A stretch of 64,000 bases of DNA from Candidatus Methanomethylophilaceae archaeon. Its GTDB lineage: Archaea > Thermoplasmatota > Thermoplasmata > Methanomassiliicoccales > Methanomethylophilaceae. The position numbers and the translations under genes were made by a program. The notes below the pieces were generated by a model. The model ran no database searches, had not been told where the DNA came from, and was given only the letters and a program-made list of their open reading frames with translations. Positions within the stretch are counted from its first letter, which is position 1. Every line of letters starts with the position of its first letter. Positions 60,287 through 64,000 of the stretch are shown piece after piece. The DNA lies in NCBI GenBank assembly GCA_050950505.1, contig JBMNHS010000001.1, forward strand, positions 800,001 to 864,000. Direction: 5' to 3'.

Positions 60287-61436
60287 TTGAGGGTACTCTC
60301 ATTTTTTCATCCATGGTTCTGGAGTCCGAAAGATAGAAGATTATTATATCGGGCTTTTCGCTGACTATTTGTTCATCAGAAAGCTTCGAATCCATCAATT
60401 CAAGATAATCCGCTATGTTTTTCAAATCCAGTATGTCGGTAAGCAGATTCGTAATGAGGTTTTCGGATCCGGCGGCCTTTCCTGCCGCTGTTTCGACATA
60501 GACCTTTTTCTTACTTTCAAGTTGCATTTTTGATATGGCATCCTTCATGACGTGAATTTTTATCTGGATGTTTTCTATGAAATCCTGTGTGTTATCTATA
60601 CCCAAAAGAGTGCCTATCATTTCCGTGTTGCTCATAACCATGCTTAGTGAGTTGGAAAGAACAAATACGAATTTTACTTTCCCGCCTGTGTTACTTTCGA
60701 TTGTCTGAACGGTGCTTTCTGTAATTTTGGCATTTGTGGATCTTATGTTGTACTCGGTCATGAGTATGACGATATTTTCATCTTCGCCGCATTCATCCGC
60801 AAGTTGTTGGGAGTAAGTCATAAGATTCTCTCCAAGATCGAAAATCAAAATACCCTCGGGAACGTCGATTGAGAAATCTCTTTCCAAGGCTGTCTTACAG
60901 TCTGCCGGCATGCCGACTACGATTTCCCATAGTTTTGCAGTTGCCAAAGGACTGTTGTTTTTGGTCTCATCGAACTTTGCACAAAGTATGTTGTAAATGG
61001 TATCGACGTACGCAGCGGTGTAGCAAACGCATTTTTCGGGTATGCTGTCAATCGTTGTTGTGGCATTGGGTCCTGTTTTTCCCGTGCTGGATGAATTAAA
61101 AGTACCGACTTCCAAAGAACCGTCGGGATTAACGGTAACGCAACTGTCAAAATTCAAGGCCGATCCGGCAGTTATATCATCCATTGTCACGCCCTCCGTC
61201 GAAGGCAGATTGCCATACGCACCTTTATACAGGTCGTCAAGGAGAGATATCAGACTGGGTGTCGAATTGGAGTAGGCTCCGTTAATTTCCAGTACGGTCG
61301 GATTCCAGGAATAAAATCCCCCTCGGTTTTCCGGTTCATCTGTATTGTTTTCTTTATTGCCGAACGAGACATATGTTGCGGTGCCTGCAATAACAAGTAT
61401 AATTATCGTTGCAATTGCTATGGTTTTGCGGTTCGC
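60282..61436 (-). CDS. ABC substrate-binding protein (BtuF/FecB-like); true 5' end lacks a canonical start
   Basis: Frame is open from 61460 and encodes (A)NRKTIAIATIIILVIAGTATYV anchor; C-terminal KVYVE...LKNIA...EQIVSEKPDIII. Confidence 0.75.
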   Translation of the reverse strand, partial: ANRKTIAIATIIILVIAGTATYVSFGNKENNTDEPENRGGFYSWNPTVLEINGAYSNSTPSLISLLDDLYKGAYGNLPSTEGVTMDDITAGSALNFDSCVTVNPDGSLEVGTFNSSSTGKTGPNATTTIDSIPEKCVCYTAAYVDTIYNILCAKFDETKNNSPLATAKLWEIVVGMPADCKTALERDFSIDVPEGILIFDLGENLMTYSQQLADECGEDENIVILMTEYNIRSTNAKITESTVQTIESNTGGKVKFVFVLSNSLSMVMSNTEMIGTLLGIDNTQDFIENIQIKIHVMKDAISKMQLESKKKVYVETAAGKAAGSENLITNLLTDILDLKNIADYLELMDSKLSDEQIVSEKPDIIIFYLSDSRTMDEKMRVPST

Positions 61437-61464
61437 CCCAACACATACAGCAAGAATTATTTAA

Positions 61465-61489
61465 AGAGTTGGACTACTAATCCAACTCT
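61465..61489. promoter_or_regulatory. Palindromic operator abutting the TATA box of the ABC operon
   Basis: AGAGTTGGA-N7-TCCAACTCT next to minus-strand CTTTAAAT. Confidence 0.65.
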
Positions 61490-61642
61490 GTTTTTCATAC
61501 AGTCTCATTATTTCATGCTTAAAAGAAACAATACTCTGTATCATTCAGAATTTTTTAAGGGAATCATTTAAAAACTGATGAATTAAAAATTGGAAAGAGG
61601 TTTTTGATATCCCTGTGGGATATCACAACTGGGCTCTCAGTT

Positions 61643-62020
61643 TCACTTGGGAACGTCGGTCTGCGAGCAGTCCAACGGAGGTCCCGTTTCGTAAAGAGGC
61701 GGAGGCTTGCTGCGAACCGCATCGATAACGCCGTCAGGAACCTCGAGAAAGTCCACAAGATCCTGGTTGGAAACGTATTCACCGCTGGTGATTATCGCTC
61801 CCATGAATTCCGCGATGGGCAAAACATCGAAGCCTTCTTCCTCTACGAGTTCTTGGGCCTCGCCGTCACCTTTAACATCGGCGGCAGACTTGCAGTCAAC
61901 ATATTCCACTTTGAAGCCCTTCTTCAGAAGGGCATCCATAGAATCTTTGAACCTGTTGTAGTCGGAAGCGTACTTTTTACGGGCTGCTTCCGAATCATAG
62001 ACTATGATGACATTGTCCAT
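61643..62020 (-). CDS. ArsD-fold protein lacking the As-binding cysteines
   Basis: IIVYD...RF...LLKKGFKVE...EGFDVLPI...SGEYVSNQDL aligns by eye with ArsD, but CCxxxxC is absent. Confidence 0.65.
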   Translation of the reverse strand: MDNVIIVYDSEAARKKYASDYNRFKDSMDALLKKGFKVEYVDCKSAADVKGDGEAQELVEEEGFDVLPIAEFMGAIITSGEYVSNQDLVDFLEVPDGVIDAVRSKPPPLYETGPPLDCSQTDVPK

Positions 62021-62211
62021 AAAATTGTGATGTCTCTGAATCTTATATTTTACTTTTGTATTCTTATGCCGTCTCTGTTGTACATTAAAGTACATATCAT
62101 TCTCAATATGTTCATTATCAATTTTAACGGAATCCCGATATTTTTTGAGATTGCGTTTTTATTTTTATAAAAAAAGCGAAGTTTATTCCCTTGCGGCGGG
62201 ATACGGATACA

Positions 62212-62904
62212 ATGTCAGTTTTCAAAAACATAAAAAGTTCCGAAGTATTTCGGCTGAAGAATCTGATTGCGGAAGGAAAAGGCCAGACAATCAGTTACGG
62301 CATGCTGGACAACTCCGATGTCACGATTTACATGTATTTCTTTGACGAAGGAGAGGGAATAAGCGAGATGAAGTCCCCGTTCCAGAACCTGATCAAAGTT
62401 TTGGACGGAAGGTTGAGAATCGAAGGTGAATCAACCGCGAAGCTGGATGCCGGTGATATATATGTCGTGCCCCACAACACCGATGTGGTGATCACCGCCG
62501 CAAAATCTGTTAAGTACCTGAGCATATTACTTCCCATGGAAGGCCAACTTATCAAAAACATAGATCTGTCGACCAAACTGATGGCGAAGGAACTGATTGA
62601 TTACCGCCCCGGACAGGTTGCCAATCTGACTCTGGTGAACAAGCCCGGTCTCAACTTATCGGTCATAGCCATTGACGAGGGGGAAAGTCTCAAAACCCAC
62701 ACGGCCCCCGGCGATGCCATGGTCATTGCTCTTGACGGTGAAGCAAACATCACCATCGCCGATGAGGAATTCACCGTGAGGGAAGGCGAAACGATTGTCA
62801 TGCCCAAAGATATCCCTCATGCGGTGTTAGGAGTCACTCCGTTCAAGTTCCTGTTGGTTTTGGTGAAGGACGCCGAAGCGAAGAAACCGATAACCCCGAA
62901 CTGA
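62212..62904 (+). CDS. Tandem (double) cupin protein
   Basis: FDEGEGISE and IDEGESLKTHTAPGDA...MPKDIPHAV. Confidence 0.88.
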   Translation: MSVFKNIKSSEVFRLKNLIAEGKGQTISYGMLDNSDVTIYMYFFDEGEGISEMKSPFQNLIKVLDGRLRIEGESTAKLDAGDIYVVPHNTDVVITAAKSVKYLSILLPMEGQLIKNIDLSTKLMAKELIDYRPGQVANLTLVNKPGLNLSVIAIDEGESLKTHTAPGDAMVIALDGEANITIADEEFTVREGETIVMPKDIPHAVLGVTPFKFLLVLVKDAEAKKPITPN

Positions 62905-63017
62905 TCGGAAACAGATTGTCAATCAAACATTTTAGTCAATTTATTATATTTATAAGTCTGAATATAAATATAATCTGCAAAGACGGTTTTCAGTGTCAAA
63001 TCTGTTAAAAAGAAGAG

Positions 63018-63090
63018 TGCGGATGCCGGGATTTGAACCCAAGTTCTAACCTTGGCAAGGTCAAGTGATAACCAGCTACACCACATCCGC
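63018..63090 (-). tRNA. tRNA-Gly(GCC), CCA not encoded
   Basis: GCGGATG/CATCCGC acceptor, TGACC-TTGCCAA-GGTTA, GGTTCAAATCC. Confidence 0.95.
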
Positions 63091-63172
63091 GGATAAATTC
63101 TTGATTGGGTTTTTCAATATATACTTTTTCATCAATTTTGTAATCTCTTGGATTACAAAAGCGGAATAGCCA

Positions 63173-63763
63173 TCAATAGTAACCCAAAATGGCGGCTCTG
63201 GCAGTTACATGTTTCATCTCGGGGGCCTTTCTGTTTATCCCGATGATGGCACTGGAACAGCCCGCACCCGATTCTACATCGAAATGTTCCCTCAGCATAA
63301 TGTCCGTATATCTGCCGGGATAGAACAGCGAAGCGGATTCCACATCTGGATCGTCCTTAAGGAAATCAGTCTTTATCGGTTTCATGACAACGGCAACGGG
63401 ACATTCTGTGACTCTGTTGGAAAACAGCACAAAGTCTTCCGCAAGCCATATGTTATGGACACAGGCGGAATAGGTATCTTTCATGGAATGATCAATCATC
63501 TTACCTATTTCGATTCCCAGATTATCATAAATCACGATGGAGCCGTCCATGTGCTGTTCAAATAAACCGTTACTGAAAACACATACCACATAAGAACTTT
63601 CAAGACACACTTTTGCGGCCTGATTGTAAAATGGCATTCCCAACCATTCTCTGGCGAGGGATTCTTCTCTTATGACTCCGTAAAGAGTCTTTGCATCCAA
63701 TATGTGTGCCTCGGTGACATTCGGATGACTCTTGATTGTCTTCAAAGTGTTTGAGATTTCCAT
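63173..63763 (-). CDS. Hypothetical protein; paralogue of 44616-45155
   Basis: GMPFYNQAAKVCL, IWLAEDFVL, FYPGRYTD. Confidence 0.75.
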   Translation of the reverse strand: MEISNTLKTIKSHPNVTEAHILDAKTLYGVIREESLAREWLGMPFYNQAAKVCLESSYVVCVFSNGLFEQHMDGSIVIYDNLGIEIGKMIDHSMKDTYSACVHNIWLAEDFVLFSNRVTECPVAVVMKPIKTDFLKDDPDVESASLFYPGRYTDIMLREHFDVESGAGCSSAIIGINRKAPEMKHVTARAAILGYY

Positions 63764-64000
63764 TGGGGGTGTATTGTTGGATGGATATATAATCCATCTG
63801 TTTTAATCACCATGAATTTCATTCAATTCCGGGATGTCTGTTCAGATAAGTCCGATCCTTAAATTCAAACCTTTTTGGTTTTTACCAGATAGTAATTGAT
63901 TGCATAAAACAGTAAACAGAACATAATCATAACGATAAACGAGAGAAGGGGGAAGTTCCACCCTAAAGCCCCGGCTCTTATACACTCGCTGGCGTGGGTG

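Overview
Core chromosomal segment of an archaeon, most likely a Methanomassiliicoccales (Methanomethylophilaceae-like) methanogen. Support for that assignment: the archaeal rpoE'-spt4-DPCK-S24e-S27ae operon, L40e, FEN1, deoxyhypusine synthase, archaeal SAM synthase, an MtaA-type methyltransferase, YcaO, HypA/HypD, Rpe, and no TAG stop among about 60 genes. The window holds about 60 CDS, a type A RNase P RNA and three tRNAs (Leu-GAG, an irregular Arg-CCG, Gly-GCC). An AT-rich defence island of about 7.6 kb follows tRNA-Arg and carries a 23-bp tandem repeat, a Type ISP R-M enzyme, a HARE-HTH/HrgA nuclease-fold protein and a degenerate HpaII-like fragment. Most notable observations: (1) a coupled menA-menG pair beside a divergent BASS symporter, in a lineage thought to lack membrane quinones; (2) a phosphomevalonate-dehydratase small subunit fused to an intact Nudix hydrolase; (3) an hcp gene under a Cys-rich HxlR regulator with clear palindromic operators; (4) ArsC and ArsD homologues missing their key cysteines; (5) an ABC binding-protein gene whose membrane-anchor coding region has no in-frame start; (6) two pairs of lineage-specific paralogues. 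All assignments come from motif recognition by eye; no database searches were run.
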